Below, one piece after another: positions 45,837 to 56,152 of a stretch of DNA of 64,000 bases. A model generated the notes under the pieces. That model ran no database searches and was not told the DNA's origin. It saw only the letters and a program-made list of their open reading frames with translations. Source of the DNA: Candidatus Aldehydirespiratoraceae bacterium (GTDB lineage Bacteria > Actinomycetota > Acidimicrobiia > Acidimicrobiales > Aldehydirespiratoraceae); assembly GCA_965243715.1 (NCBI GenBank), contig CBDEVU010000018.1, forward strand, positions 18,473 to 82,472, read 5' to 3'. Made by a program: the position numbers and the translations under genes. How positions within the stretch are numbered: position 1 is the stretch's first letter; the number at the start of each line of letters is the position of its first letter.

Positions 45837-47093
45837 TCAGCTAATCTCGGTGATTGCTTCGGCGATCCAGCCGTCGACGAGAGCCTGGTTCGTGGCCAGC
45901 CATTCGCTCGCAATGCGAACGATTTCCTCTTGGGTGCCGTCACCGTTACTCTGCTCGACCATCAGGACCAAAATGTCGATCAGCGAAGGCTTGATCTTCG
46001 GGAAGAGCGCGCCCAAGACCGGGTTCGCTTCTAGAACCTCGGTACGGGCGGTGACCTGGATGTCAGCGGCCTTCCATCCCAACTGGCAGGGGTCGGTGCA
46101 GAACTCAGGACCAAAGCCGGAGAAGCCCTCTTCTTGGGTGTGGGCTTCGCCGCCCTCGGTTCCCACCGGGTTTGAGTCGTCTAGGATCTTGGTTGGGTGC
46201 ATGGTGAGCCAGTACACGTTGTCGCCGGGGATGAGTTTGGTGACGTAGGCGGACGGCGACCAAGTGTAGATAGCCATAGGCTCGCCTGCGTTGGCCTTAT
46301 TGAGAGCCTCTGCGATCATCGCGTCGTAACCGGCCTTGGTCTGCTCGATGTTGTTCCACTCGTAGAAGGCGATTTGGGAGGTAAAGATGTCGTCGCAGGT
46401 CCAACTCTCAGGACAGCCGAAGATCTCAGCCTTGCCGTTTCCGTCGCTGTCGAACAAGGCGACGAGTTCGGGGTCATCGTTGATCTGCTGCATGGAGGTG
46501 ATGTTGTATTCGTCGACGACCGACTTGGTAGTCAAGAAGCCTTGCACACCCGAGTTCGGGAAAAGGCCCTCGACTACGGTCAAGTAATCTCCTACGATAC
46601 TGCCGTCGGGTAGCTCAGCGGCGTGCCAACTAAAGTGGCCGGGGTACCAACTGTTGGTCCAGAAGTCCATGGAACCTTCAGCCATGGCCAAGTAAGCGGC
46701 GGACGGATCGAGCTCTTTGTTCTCCGGTAGACCGATGGTGTAGCCCATCGAGGTGAGGATCTGGTTGTAGATCTCGGCCTGGATATAGCCCGACGCCCAA
46801 GTGGCCCGGCCCATTACGAGTTCAACGCCCTCGCCAATCGTTGCGGGGTCAAGGCCCCCATTAGCGTCTTCTTCATGTTCATGAGCGTCTTCTTCGGCCA
46901 TGTCTTCTTCTTCGGCCATGTCGTCTTCTTCGGCCATGTCTTCTTCAGCCATGTCTTCTTCTTCAGCCGCGGCCGCAGAGTCGTCTTCACCTGCGTCGGA
47001 ACTGGTGTCGGTGGTTTCGTCGTCGCCACACGCCGCTGCGAACAGTGCAAACACTGCAAACAAGGCGAGCAGCATTTTGGTGCTCTTTTTCAT
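45837..47093 (-). CDS. proX: Glycine betaine/proline betaine ABC transporter substrate-binding lipoprotein
   Basis: Lipobox LFAAAC after MKKSTKMLLALFAVFA, an acidic repeat linker, then an OpuAC-type domain (WASGY, WYPGHFSW aromatic box-like). ATG 47093 is preceded by GGAGGGG. Confidence 0.8.
   Translation of the reverse strand: MKKSTKMLLALFAVFALFAAACGDDETTDTSSDAGEDDSAAAAEEEDMAEEDMAEEDDMAEEEDMAEEDAHEHEEDANGGLDPATIGEGVELVMGRATWASGYIQAEIYNQILTSMGYTIGLPENKELDPSAAYLAMAEGSMDFWTNSWYPGHFSWHAAELPDGSIVGDYLTVVEGLFPNSGVQGFLTTKSVVDEYNITSMQQINDDPELVALFDSDGNGKAEIFGCPESWTCDDIFTSQIAFYEWNNIEQTKAGYDAMIAEALNKANAGEPMAIYTWSPSAYVTKLIPGDNVYWLTMHPTKILDDSNPVGTEGGEAHTQEEGFSGFGPEFCTDPCQLGWKAADIQVTARTEVLEANPVLGALFPKIKPSLIDILVLMVEQSNGDGTQEEIVRIASEWLATNQALVDGWIAEAITEIS
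46887..46968. repeat. Imperfect 15/18-bp tandem repeats (GTCTTCTTCGGCCAT-like, 5 units) encoding (MAEED)n in the ProX linker
   Basis: Read directly. Confidence 0.85.
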
Positions 47094-47225
47094 TCGTTTC
47101 CCCTCCTGGGAATAGTGATGCCGAGTGGCATGCGCCACGCGACGATTAGAGATCATAGTGGATTATTGGTAATGGCGCGTCGTTGGCACAGATTTACCGG
47201 ACGGCAGCCGCCGTGACATACCTTC

Positions 47226-49352
47226 CTAAACTGTCTCGTGGACTCTCTTCTCGATGGCTGTGGAGTCGCGGTGGAGGACCAAATCGGCCTCGTCGTCGAA
47301 GACCTCGATCCGGAAGAACTCATTTATCAAGGACCTGCCACTCGACACGAAGAACAGGCCCGCCATCAAGACGAGGAAGGCGCCGATGCCGCTGACGTAG
47401 CCATCGTCGGAGGAGCGGGCGAGCGAGGCGATCCACGCTCCGCCAATCGCCGCGATGGAGAGACCAAGGCCGACCGACACCACACTCCAGCGCCACTTTT
47501 TGTGGGGGGCCGCGCCGAAGGCACCGGAAGCCATCACGACCGCTCCCACCCCGATCAAGCCAAGACGGATGAGAAGCGGACCTAAGCCGGTGCCAGCATC
47601 GTTCCAGCTATCGTGGATTTCCTTGCTCAGTCGCCGAGCCGAGCTGTGGATCGCCGAGATCTCCACCGCGTTCTGTGAGGTCAAGGCCGGGTTCTCGTCG
47701 GCCTCTACGGTCAGACGCTCAACCTCGGCGACGTCCTCGGGACTCAGAACTGAATTGTCGCGTTGGTCGAACGACCAACCCGACAATGAGCCGATGACCA
47801 ACACACCGATCGCCAAGGCGGCACCAACCAACTTGTGGTACTCGGTGCCTTTCGGGACTGGCCGGTGCGGTGCGTACGGCGCATCGGACAATGCCGTCAG
47901 CCCTCCGATAATGGCGATCACCGTACCGATCAAGGCCACGGTGACGCCGATGCCGTCGCTGTAGTTGAGCGCCATATTCGATGGGTTCATGGCGAAGTAC
48001 CCGATGGCACCACCGAATCCGAGGAACGCCGCCATGGTGACACCATCAGCGCTGAAGTAGCGGGGGCTGCCAACCCGGGTCAGACGGCTGAGGGCCGCCA
48101 AGATGATAAAGAGGGAGCTGCCCAAGACTATGAAGCCGAAGAAGGTTCCCCCTTCGGCCGCCAGACCGCTGAAGCTCGCACCGAAGAGATCGGCATCACT
48201 GAAACGACTGTGGCTGGTGACCATGCCCGCGTCGGTGCCCCATGTGAGAAACACCGAGACAACGCCGATGACCGCACCCACGATGGCGATCTTGAGGCCT
48301 CGGCCCTCCTTTGGCGAGATGCCAGCCGGATGGCCGCCGTAGTTCTCCTCTTCAAGTTCCGCATCCATGGCGCTATCGACATCGAGTAGTTGGGCCTGCG
48401 GGTTCGCTCGGTTAGCCCATGCCCCCCGAATCTTCTGCATGAGGCTCGCGCCGTGGCCTTCAACGGGCTGGGAGATGCGGTCGAGGGTGACCGCCACTAA
48501 GAAGAAGGCCAAACCGGCTGACGCGCCCCGTGCGACATTCTGGCTCGATAGCGCTCGGAACATGAGAGCACCAAGACCGCCCGCCCCCATGATGGCCGCT
48601 ATGCCCAACATCGAGATCGACAACAGCAAGGTCTGGTTGACGCCGGTCATGATGGCTGGGCGAGCCAGCGGGATCTGGACATCGGTGAGTACCCGATACT
48701 CCGACGCGCCGTAAGCTCGACTGGCTTCGACCACGTCTTCGGGAACTTGTCGGATACCGAGATTGGTGAGTCGAATGAGCGGAGGCAAGGCGAACACCAT
48801 CGTCACCATGGTGGCCGAAACCTCACGCAGTCCGAAGAAGAAGATGAACGGCAACATGTACACGAACGAATGCACTACCTGCATGGCATCGAGCACGGGT
48901 CTCACCACCGACCACACGGGATCTATTCGACCACAGGCAATGCCAACGGGTATACCGATGGCAACGCAGAGAATCACCGCCACAAAGATGAAGCCGATGG
49001 TCTTGGCCGTCTCGATCCAGTAACCCGGGCCAAGAATGCCGCAGAAGCTCAAAGCGACGAGGGCGAAGAGTCCGACGCGTAAAGAGCGGAACATCCAGCC
49101 GATCATGAACATCAAGAGGACAATCCAGATCCAAGGGAGTCGCACGAGGAAGTCCGTGACCAAGAGGTTCAAAAGGGTGTCGAACGGCCACTTGATCACA
49201 TCGAGGAGTCCGCCGAGTTGGTTATCAATCCAGAACACGCCCTGCTCAACCCATTCACCAAATTCGATCTCCCATTCGTCGAGGACCGCCGTTTCGTAGA
49301 TCTTAGGATTGTTGGAACCGGTTGATTCTGCTTCTTGGATGAAACTCATCAC
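47226..49352 (-). CDS. proW: Betaine ABC transporter permease (ProW/OpuAB-like, N-terminal ~300 aa) fused to a ~400-aa polytopic membrane extension of unknown function
   Basis: The BPD_transp_1 region contains the EAA-like loop (EASRAYGASEYRVLTDVQIPLARP). The C-terminal 400 aa has about 8 extra hydrophobic helices with no motif I recognise. Confidence 0.75.
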   Translation of the reverse strand: MMSFIQEAESTGSNNPKIYETAVLDEWEIEFGEWVEQGVFWIDNQLGGLLDVIKWPFDTLLNLLVTDFLVRLPWIWIVLLMFMIGWMFRSLRVGLFALVALSFCGILGPGYWIETAKTIGFIFVAVILCVAIGIPVGIACGRIDPVWSVVRPVLDAMQVVHSFVYMLPFIFFFGLREVSATMVTMVFALPPLIRLTNLGIRQVPEDVVEASRAYGASEYRVLTDVQIPLARPAIMTGVNQTLLLSISMLGIAAIMGAGGLGALMFRALSSQNVARGASAGLAFFLVAVTLDRISQPVEGHGASLMQKIRGAWANRANPQAQLLDVDSAMDAELEEENYGGHPAGISPKEGRGLKIAIVGAVIGVVSVFLTWGTDAGMVTSHSRFSDADLFGASFSGLAAEGGTFFGFIVLGSSLFIILAALSRLTRVGSPRYFSADGVTMAAFLGFGGAIGYFAMNPSNMALNYSDGIGVTVALIGTVIAIIGGLTALSDAPYAPHRPVPKGTEYHKLVGAALAIGVLVIGSLSGWSFDQRDNSVLSPEDVAEVERLTVEADENPALTSQNAVEISAIHSSARRLSKEIHDSWNDAGTGLGPLLIRLGLIGVGAVVMASGAFGAAPHKKWRWSVVSVGLGLSIAAIGGAWIASLARSSDDGYVSGIGAFLVLMAGLFFVSSGRSLINEFFRIEVFDDEADLVLHRDSTAIEKRVHETV

Positions 49353-50569
49353 ATGAACACCTCTCGCTCGAAGTTGTCTATGAGGCTCTCGACTCGGCCC
49401 ATTTCTTCCATGATGTGGCGGGGGTCGAGATTGCCGACGAGACAGCCCTTGTCATCAACGACGGCGATGGGCAGGCCCTGACCGGCCGCGGCGTAGACCG
49501 TGTTGAGGGTAGAGTGAGCCGTAGTTGATTTGAAGTCCGTACGGACTCCGTCGACAATACTGGTTTGGTCCTGGTTGGCGGCATTGATGCCGTCAGCGGC
49601 GGTGAAGACACCGGTTGGCGCGCCGTTGTCGTCGAGCACGAATGCGCCTGCTCGGTCACCGAGTTGAGTCAAGGCATCCCGTAGTGACATTGAGGCCGAC
49701 ATTGGGGCCGGTTGCAACATGATTTCGTGGACCTCTATTACGCGGCCCTGGTCGACGTCCTGCACGAACTCCGCCACGTACCCGGTGGCGGGCTCTGTGA
49801 GGATCTCCTCGGGGGTCCCGATCTGGACGACCTCGCCGTCTTTCATGATGCAGACACGGTCGCCGATACGAAGGGCTTCGTTGAGGTCGTGGGTGATAAA
49901 CAGGATTGTCTTTTTCAGTTCCTGCATGATTTCCATCATCTCGTCTTGCATCTGGCGCCGGATGAGCGGGTCGAGGGCGCTGAACGCCTCGTCCATTAGC
50001 AAGATTGGAGGATCGGCGGCGAGGGCTCGGGCTAATCCCACCCGTTGCTGCATACCGCCCGACAGTTGGCTAGGTGAGTAACCGGCATAAGCCTGCAGGC
50101 CGACGAGCGAGAGCGCCTTTAGCGATGCGGCGTCGCGCTCGGACTTATGGAGGCCCTGAATCTTGAGGCCGTAACCTACATTGTCGATTATCGAGCGGTG
50201 AGGGAACAGGGCGAAGTGCTGGAACACCATTCCGGTTTCCTCGCGGCGAAACGCCTGAAGTTCACGCCCCCCGAGGGTTTGCACGTCGACACCGTCGACC
50301 CACACATGACCGTTGGTGATGTCAAGAAGTTTGTTGACGGTGCGGATGGCGGTCGATTTTCCTGAACCAGATAAGCCCATGATGACAAAAATCTCGCCGC
50401 GAAGAACCTCAAAGTTCACGTCGCGAAGACCAACTACATGTCCGGTGCGGGCGTGTACCTCATCCTTTCCCATACCAACTTGGGAAAGCTCGAATGCTCG
50501 GCCCCCTGGCTGGGGTCCGAATATTTTATATACGTTCTCCACCTTGACGATCACGTCCGGTTTGATCAT
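49349..50569 (-). CDS. proV: Betaine/proline ABC transporter ATPase with tandem CBS domains
   Basis: Walker A GLSGSGKST, signature LSGGMQQRVGLARAL, Walker B ILLMDEAFSALD, and a CBS-like C-terminal half. ATGA overlap with proW. Confidence 0.9.
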   Translation of the reverse strand: MIKPDVIVKVENVYKIFGPQPGGRAFELSQVGMGKDEVHARTGHVVGLRDVNFEVLRGEIFVIMGLSGSGKSTAIRTVNKLLDITNGHVWVDGVDVQTLGGRELQAFRREETGMVFQHFALFPHRSIIDNVGYGLKIQGLHKSERDAASLKALSLVGLQAYAGYSPSQLSGGMQQRVGLARALAADPPILLMDEAFSALDPLIRRQMQDEMMEIMQELKKTILFITHDLNEALRIGDRVCIMKDGEVVQIGTPEEILTEPATGYVAEFVQDVDQGRVIEVHEIMLQPAPMSASMSLRDALTQLGDRAGAFVLDDNGAPTGVFTAADGINAANQDQTSIVDGVRTDFKSTTAHSTLNTVYAAAGQGLPIAVVDDKGCLVGNLDPRHIMEEMGRVESLIDNFEREVFM

Positions 50570-51041
50570 ATGGTTCCTTCCTTGATGCCGTGTAACTCTT
50601 ACGTATTTTCGTTGTCAGGCGCAAGCGCGTCGGGGAATCCGTTTGAGTATCGAGGGTTGGGTGTGACAGAAAGCACGCCCTAGTGCTGCCTGAAAGTAGT
50701 CCTGAGGGGAGATACTAGTACCAAGATCGCGCGGGCGACGCCGGTTGAAATACAGAACCAGCATTCCCGTTACCTAAGAAAGACCTAGGAGTGACCATGG
50801 TGAACCATCACCTTGCCCCGGTGTCTCGCGCATGGCGTGACGCCTTCGGACCCGGCTTTGTTTCCGGGCCTTCGGAGAAAACACTTTGGGCCGTCTCCGC
50901 GGCCGAACGAACCTATCGGTCAAACCGGTAAGTCAAAGCAGCAAAATCCCTCCCCCATGAGCGGTCCTTTGTCGGCGTCGTTGGCGTCGACAAAGGATTC
51001 GCCTACAATCAGCGTTTAGTACTGACGTTGGAGAGGGGCAG

Positions 51042-52334
51042 ATGATCGAACCAGAGTTCTTTCGCTTTGACACGCTGAGCCTCCACGCGGGACAGCAACC
51101 GGACCCCACGACGGGTGCTCGTGCCGTGCCGATCTATATGACCACATCGTATGTTTTTGACGATTGTGATCAAGCGGCGGGTTTGTTCAATCTGGAGAGG
51201 CCCGGTCACCTCTACTCTCGCCTCACCAACCCCACTGTCGCGGTGCTCGAAGAGCGCTTAGCCGCCCTTGAAGGCGGCGTTGGCGCGGTGTGTACGGCCA
51301 GCGGACAAGCGGCTTTTCACCTCGCGGTCGTCACCTTAATGGGCCAAGGGGGCCACATTGTTGCCAGCCGTAACGTGTACGGCGGTACTTATCAACTGCT
51401 GAACGTCACCTTGCCTCGGTTCGGTATTACCTGTTCGTTCGTCGATCCCCGCCTGCCCGAAGAGTTCGCGGCGGCGATTCGGCCGGAGACCCGCCTCGTT
51501 TTCGCCGAAACGCTCGGCAACCCGGGCATCGAGGTGCTTGACATAGCGGCGATTGCGGCGGTTGCCCATGCCGCGGGCCTGCCCTTGATGGTTGACTCCA
51601 CCTTTTCCACTCCTTACTGCATTCGCCCTATCGAACACGGGGCCGACATCGTGATGCATTCGGTTACCAAGTTCTTGGGCGGCCATGGTGTTGCCCTGGG
51701 CGGGGTTTTGATCGACGGCGGGCGCTTCGACTGGGAAGGCAGTGGGCGCTTCGACACGATGACCGAACCCTACGTTGGCTACCACGGCATCTCCTTTGCC
51801 GATGAGTTCGGCCCCGCCGCCTACATCACCAGAGCCCGAGCCGAAGGCCTGCGCGATTTCGGTGCCGCTATGAGTCCGGCCAATGCTTTTCATCTCATCC
51901 AGGGGGTCGAGACCCTGCCCCTTCGTATGCAAAAACACGTGGCTAATGCCCAGGCCGTCACCGAGATGTTGGTCGCCCACGATGCAGTGGCGTGGGTCAA
52001 GTATCCCACCGCCCCTGATCACCCCGATCGCGAATTGGCCGCCGAGTTGTACCCCAACGGGGCTGGCGCGATCTTGAGCTTCGGTATCGAGGGGGGCCGA
52101 GAGGCGGGACGAAAGTTCATTGAGGGGGTGAAGTTGGCCTCGCACTTAGCTAACGTCGGTGATGCCAAGACCTTGGTGCTCCACCCGGCCAGTACCACCC
52201 ATCAACAACTCAGTGCCGCGGATCTGGCTAAGGCCGGGATCGGCGAAGAACTCATCCGCTTGTCGGTCGGTTTAGAAGATGTTCGCGACATCATCGACGA
52301 TCTTCGCGCCGCCCTTAAGGTCTCGCAGCGGTAG
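51042..52334 (+). CDS. metY: O-acetylhomoserine aminocarboxypropyltransferase (sulfhydrylase)
   Basis: 430 aa. [25 protein letters not shown]-lysine motif, [10 protein letters not shown]. Confidence 0.9.
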   Translation: MIEPEFFRFDTLSLHAGQQPDPTTGARAVPIYMTTSYVFDDCDQAAGLFNLERPGHLYSRLTNPTVAVLEERLAALEGGVGAVCTASGQAAFHLAVVTLMGQGGHIVASRNVYGGTYQLLNVTLPRFGITCSFVDPRLPEEFAAAIRPETRLVFAETLGNPGIEVLDIAAIAAVAHAAGLPLMVDSTFSTPYCIRPIEHGADIVMHSVTKFLGGHGVALGGVLIDGGRFDWEGSGRFDTMTEPYVGYHGISFADEFGPAAYITRARAEGLRDFGAAMSPANAFHLIQGVETLPLRMQKHVANAQAVTEMLVAHDAVAWVKYPTAPDHPDRELAAELYPNGAGAILSFGIEGGREAGRKFIEGVKLASHLANVGDAKTLVLHPASTTHQQLSAADLAKAGIGEELIRLSVGLEDVRDIIDDLRAALKVSQR

Positions 52335-52341
52335 CAGTCTG

Positions 52342-53205
52342 ATGGAGTTTGATTTTAACGGCCAAACCGTTCGCTACGCCAACGGCGGTAAAGCCCATGA
52401 CGGTACAGCCCATGACGGTACAGCTCATGACAGTACAGCTCATGACGGTACAGCCCATGACAGTGCAGCTCCGGCGGTCGTGATGATCCACGGCGCGGGG
52501 ATGAACCGCACCTTTTGGCAGATGCAAACCCGTTACCTTGCCCATCACGGATACCGCGTGGTCGCCGTCGACCTTCCCGGCCACGGCGGCTCGCACGGAC
52601 CGCTGCTCGAGACCATCCCCGAAATGGGGGAGTGGATGGCGGAACTCGTCAGGGCTATGGGGCTCGCACCGGCTCACCTCGTTGGTCATTCGATGGGGAC
52701 CTACATCGGGCTTGAGACCGCTGCTCAGGCCCCTGACGTTGTTGGCTCCCTAGTGCTCATCGGCACCGCGGCGGCGATGCCGGTACATCCTGAGTTGCTC
52801 GACGCGGCCATGAACAATGTTCCCCACGCGAGCAACCTCATGTCGTCGTGGGGCTTCGGTGCGCCAGCGCGTATCGGCGGCCAGACGACCCCCGGCCGGT
52901 GGCTCGTTGGAAGTTCGCGGGCCTTGCTCGATGTTTCGCGCCCGCGGTCGCTGGGCGTCGACATGGCAGCGTGCAACCGTTACACTTCGACCCTAGAAGC
53001 GGCTGGCGCGGTCCGTTGCCCGACGACTTTCATCTTGGGTTCGCTCGACAAAATGACGCCAACTAGCCGAGCGGTCGATCTCATAAAGGCGGTCGGCTCA
53101 GCCCGCACCGTCACGCTCGACAATATTGGTCACATGCTGCCGATCGAAGCTCCCGACGAAACCCGCGAGGCGATCGTCGCTGCTCTCGCCGCGGCTGTGG
53201 ATTAA
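52342..53205 (+). CDS. Alpha/beta-fold hydrolase with an N-terminal (AHDGT)5 repeat
   Basis: HGAGMN oxyanion region and nucleophile elbow GHSMG. ATG 52342 lies just after the metY stop. Confidence 0.75.
   Translation: MEFDFNGQTVRYANGGKAHDGTAHDGTAHDSTAHDGTAHDSAAPAVVMIHGAGMNRTFWQMQTRYLAHHGYRVVAVDLPGHGGSHGPLLETIPEMGEWMAELVRAMGLAPAHLVGHSMGTYIGLETAAQAPDVVGSLVLIGTAAAMPVHPELLDAAMNNVPHASNLMSSWGFGAPARIGGQTTPGRWLVGSSRALLDVSRPRSLGVDMAACNRYTSTLEAAGAVRCPTTFILGSLDKMTPTSRAVDLIKAVGSARTVTLDNIGHMLPIEAPDETREAIVAALAAAVD
52393..52467. repeat. 15-bp tandem repeat x5 (GCCCATGACGGTACA-like) encoding AHDGT/AHDST/AHDSA
   Basis: Read directly. Codons 18-42 of the hydrolase. Confidence 0.9.
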
Positions 53206-55007
53206 CGAACGACTGACGCTAGGTGGCGCAACTCAGGGGGCGACGACGTAGGGTCGATCGCGATCTCCATCCAACCCCGGACGCTATTTACTAGCCAGGC
53301 TCGGCGGGCTCGCTCGAGGTCGGGCAGTCGCAGAACGGTTTCGCTAAGGCGACGATTGGCGAGCAGTTCGGCCCGAAAGGTGCCCGCGAGGAGACCACTG
53401 GTGGCATCTGGAGTCAGGCGCTGGCCGTCGATCTCGAGCACTAGGTTAGCAACGGTGGATTCGGTGAGTTCGCCCCGCTCGTTCCAGAGCAATACGTCAT
53501 CGAACTGCGGGTGACGCGCACGCGCCATGTCGTAGGTTTCGCGCCGGGTTGTCTTGTGTCGGAGGAACTCGTCGCTGCTGTCGATTGGTTGATCGTTTAG
53601 GGTGACCTTGGTGACGCCACGGCGGGTCGGGATTGGCTTGGTCTCGATTTCGATGACCCCGTCGAGCCCTACGAGAACCCGCACGGCTAAGCCGTGATTG
53701 GCCCGGATGGCGTCGAGGTTGCGGCGAACCTCGTCGGTGTCGAGATCGAAGCCGAAGTGGACCGCGGCGAGAGCCAGCCGCGCTAGGTGACGGTCGAGCA
53801 GAACAGCCCCCGCGCCGGGCTCCCACGCGAGGGTTTCGAGCAGCCGGAACGGGCGGGCCGCTCGATGCAAGACCCGGGCCTTGTCGTGGGCTTCTTGCCA
53901 TTCGGCGGTGGGATTAGAGTCCCACACGATGCCGCCCCCGACGCCGTAGGTGGCACAGCCCGCCTCGGTATCCACCCACGCCGTGCGGATAGCGATATTG
54001 AACTCGAAGTCCCCGCCGGGTTCGATCGCGCCGACCGCACCGGTATAGATGCCCCGAGGGGTCTGCTCGAGATCGGCGATGAAACCCGCGGTCGCGACTT
54101 TGGGGGCGCCGGTTATCGACGCGCCGGGGAAGGTAGCCCGAAAGACAGCGGCGAGATCAGCATCGCTATCGGCCACAACGGTGGAGGTCAACTGATGCAC
54201 GGTGGGGTAGCTTTCGACTGTGTGCAACTCGGTGGTGCGAAGGGTGCCGACCTCGGCCAGCCGGCCCAGATCGTTGCGAGCCAAGTCGACGATCATCGTG
54301 TTCTCGGCGCGGTCCTTTTCGCTGCGCACCAACTCGTCGGCGAGGGTGCGGTCGACTTCAGGATCGGGGTGCCGAGGTCGGGTTCCCTTCATCGGTCGGG
54401 TGTGAAGGGTGCGACCGGTGCGACGCAAAAAGAGTTCGGGCGAGGCCGAACAGACAGCTCGGGTGCCGAAGTCAAGGAATGCAAGGTGGTCAGCTCGTTG
54501 AGCACGGCTCATGGCCGCGAATAAGGCCAGCGGATCGCCGGAGAAAGTAGCGCTAAGGCGCATTGTGTAGTTGACCTGATAGGTCTCGCCCGCGGCGATG
54601 AGTTCCTTCACCCGTTCGATGTCTTGTTCAAAGTCGGCTTGCTCACGGGTGCAGTTCCACCGACCGGTGGCGAAGTCGCCCCCCGCCGGGCCGCGGGAGG
54701 GCTTGGCCGTGTCGAAGGCGGCGAAAGAAGCGAGTGGAACGTCGCTGGCTCGCAACGAGCGCAGGGCAGGGTCGAACGCCGGGGCGGCGTCGTAGCTCAC
54801 CATTCCAATCACCCAGGAACCGGCGTGAGCTGCGGCCTCGGCGGCGGCCAAAACATCGCTGACTTCTTCGAGGGTGTTGGCGTGGAAGCTAGCGGTTGGA
54901 TGGTCGAACGCGACCCACCGTCGACCGCCCTTAGTGGGGTAACGAAGCAGAGCTCGACGCAGCGACACCGTTAGAAGTATGCCCGCTACGCTGCTCGCGT
55001 ATGCCAC
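53202..55007 (-). CDS. Aminodeoxychorismate synthase component I fused to an aminodeoxychorismate-lyase-like (class IV aminotransferase fold) domain
   Basis: Chorismate-binding motifs (FPGASITGAPK, RGIYTGAVG, IAIRTA, GGGIVWDS) followed by a C-terminal ~200-aa PabC-like region. The start is uncertain: GTG 55007 overlaps the divergent gene, and GTG 54968 is an alternative. Confidence 0.75.
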   Translation of the reverse strand: MAYASSVAGILLTVSLRRALLRYPTKGGRRWVAFDHPTASFHANTLEEVSDVLAAAEAAAHAGSWVIGMVSYDAAPAFDPALRSLRASDVPLASFAAFDTAKPSRGPAGGDFATGRWNCTREQADFEQDIERVKELIAAGETYQVNYTMRLSATFSGDPLALFAAMSRAQRADHLAFLDFGTRAVCSASPELFLRRTGRTLHTRPMKGTRPRHPDPEVDRTLADELVRSEKDRAENTMIVDLARNDLGRLAEVGTLRTTELHTVESYPTVHQLTSTVVADSDADLAAVFRATFPGASITGAPKVATAGFIADLEQTPRGIYTGAVGAIEPGGDFEFNIAIRTAWVDTEAGCATYGVGGGIVWDSNPTAEWQEAHDKARVLHRAARPFRLLETLAWEPGAGAVLLDRHLARLALAAVHFGFDLDTDEVRRNLDAIRANHGLAVRVLVGLDGVIEIETKPIPTRRGVTKVTLNDQPIDSSDEFLRHKTTRRETYDMARARHPQFDDVLLWNERGELTESTVANLVLEIDGQRLTPDATSGLLAGTFRAELLANRRLSETVLRLPDLERARRAWLVNSVRGWMEIAIDPTSSPPELRHLASVVR

Positions 55008-56152
55008 TGACGCGTTATGCGCGTATTGAGGAGTCGCCGTACCTGCAACGAGCGCTCGCTCACTGCGACGACGACGCGGCTCTCGCTGTCTATAACCGTA
55101 TGTATCACTTGCTGCACTACGGAGATCCTGTCGCCGAGTATTGGGCTCTCGTCGATGGCGTCACGCTGTGGGACGTGGCCTATGAACGTCAGGTGGAGAT
55201 CGTTGGGCCCGATGCCTGGGCGTTTGCCCAAACGCTAGTCACACGCGATCTCAGTCGGTGCGAAGTCGGGCAGTGCCGGTATGTGTTCATAACCAATCCG
55301 GCGGGCGGAATCATTGCCGATCCTGTGTTGTTGCGGCTCGCTGAGGATCGGGTTTGGTTGAGCGCGGCTGATGCCGACGTTCACCTGTGGTGCCAAGGTC
55401 TCGCCCACGCATCGGGACTCGACTTGATGGTGTCGGTGCCTGACGTGGCCCCAGTGCAGATTCAGGGTCCCCGAGCTGTTGATGTGATGGTCGACCTGTT
55501 CGGCGACGACATTGCCGAAATGGGCTTTTTCCGCTTGGGTCGATTCCGGCACGGCGAACTTGATTTGGTGATATCGCGCAGTGGCTGGGGGGAGGACCTC
55601 GGATTTGAGGTTTACGTACAGAACGCCCGAGCCGAGAGTAACAGGGCCGCCGAACACTGGTGGGATGAAGTCCTGCGGGCGGGAGAGCGCCACGAGATTA
55701 TGGTCGCGGGCCCGAATCACGTGCGTCGGATCGAGGCCGGAATGCTAGCTCACGGCTGCGATATTGACGATACCACGAATCCCTTCGAAGTCGACATGGG
55801 CTACACGTGGATGGTAAACCTCGATCACCCCGACGATTTTGTGGGTCGCGCCGCCTTGGAGAGTATTCGGCGCCAAGGTCCAACTCGCCGCCTCGTTGGG
55901 GTCGACATCGATGGACCATCTCTTGGCTCGTTCGTCGACGGCTTGATGCCGCGACCCCTCGATGTTTTGATCGAGGGTAACGTGGTTGGCTCGCTCACGT
56001 CGGCGTGTTACTCGCCACGACTGCGTAAAAATATTGGTTACGCAATGGTACCGACGGCTTCGGCGGACCTCGGCAGTCGATTTGTCATAAACCATCCCCG
56101 CTTCGGTGCTCTGCGCGCCGTGGCCGTAGAGAAACCGCACTGGCGCCGATGA
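55001..56152 (+). CDS. GcvT-family tetrahydrofolate-dependent aminomethyl/methyl-transferase, DmdA-like
   Basis: 383 aa. LWDVAYERQVEIVGPDA...RDLSRCEVGQCRYVFITNPAGGIIADPVLLRLAEDRVWLSAADADVHLW resembles my recollection of DMSP demethylase DmdA more than canonical GcvT. Confidence 0.6.
   Translation: MPLTRYARIEESPYLQRALAHCDDDAALAVYNRMYHLLHYGDPVAEYWALVDGVTLWDVAYERQVEIVGPDAWAFAQTLVTRDLSRCEVGQCRYVFITNPAGGIIADPVLLRLAEDRVWLSAADADVHLWCQGLAHASGLDLMVSVPDVAPVQIQGPRAVDVMVDLFGDDIAEMGFFRLGRFRHGELDLVISRSGWGEDLGFEVYVQNARAESNRAAEHWWDEVLRAGERHEIMVAGPNHVRRIEAGMLAHGCDIDDTTNPFEVDMGYTWMVNLDHPDDFVGRAALESIRRQGPTRRLVGVDIDGPSLGSFVDGLMPRPLDVLIEGNVVGSLTSACYSPRLRKNIGYAMVPTASADLGSRFVINHPRFGALRAVAVEKPHWRR

Noticed and set aside
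50813-51019. 68-aa ORF in the metY leader as a small protein or leader peptide
   Set aside because: It has no SD sequence. Its composition is Pro/Ser-rich, typical of random high-GC ORFs, and it spans the predicted hairpins. There is no support for translation.
50570-51041. SAM (S-box, SAM-IV, SAM-II/V), cobalamin or glycine riboswitch upstream of metY or proV
   Set aside because: I could not find the conserved cores on either strand (for example GCAACC with GGTGCTAA-type S-box elements, a B12 box, or the GGAGAG...CTCAGGCAAAAGGAC glycine pattern). Only generic hairpins are present. This is kept as a low-interest open question, not a feature call.
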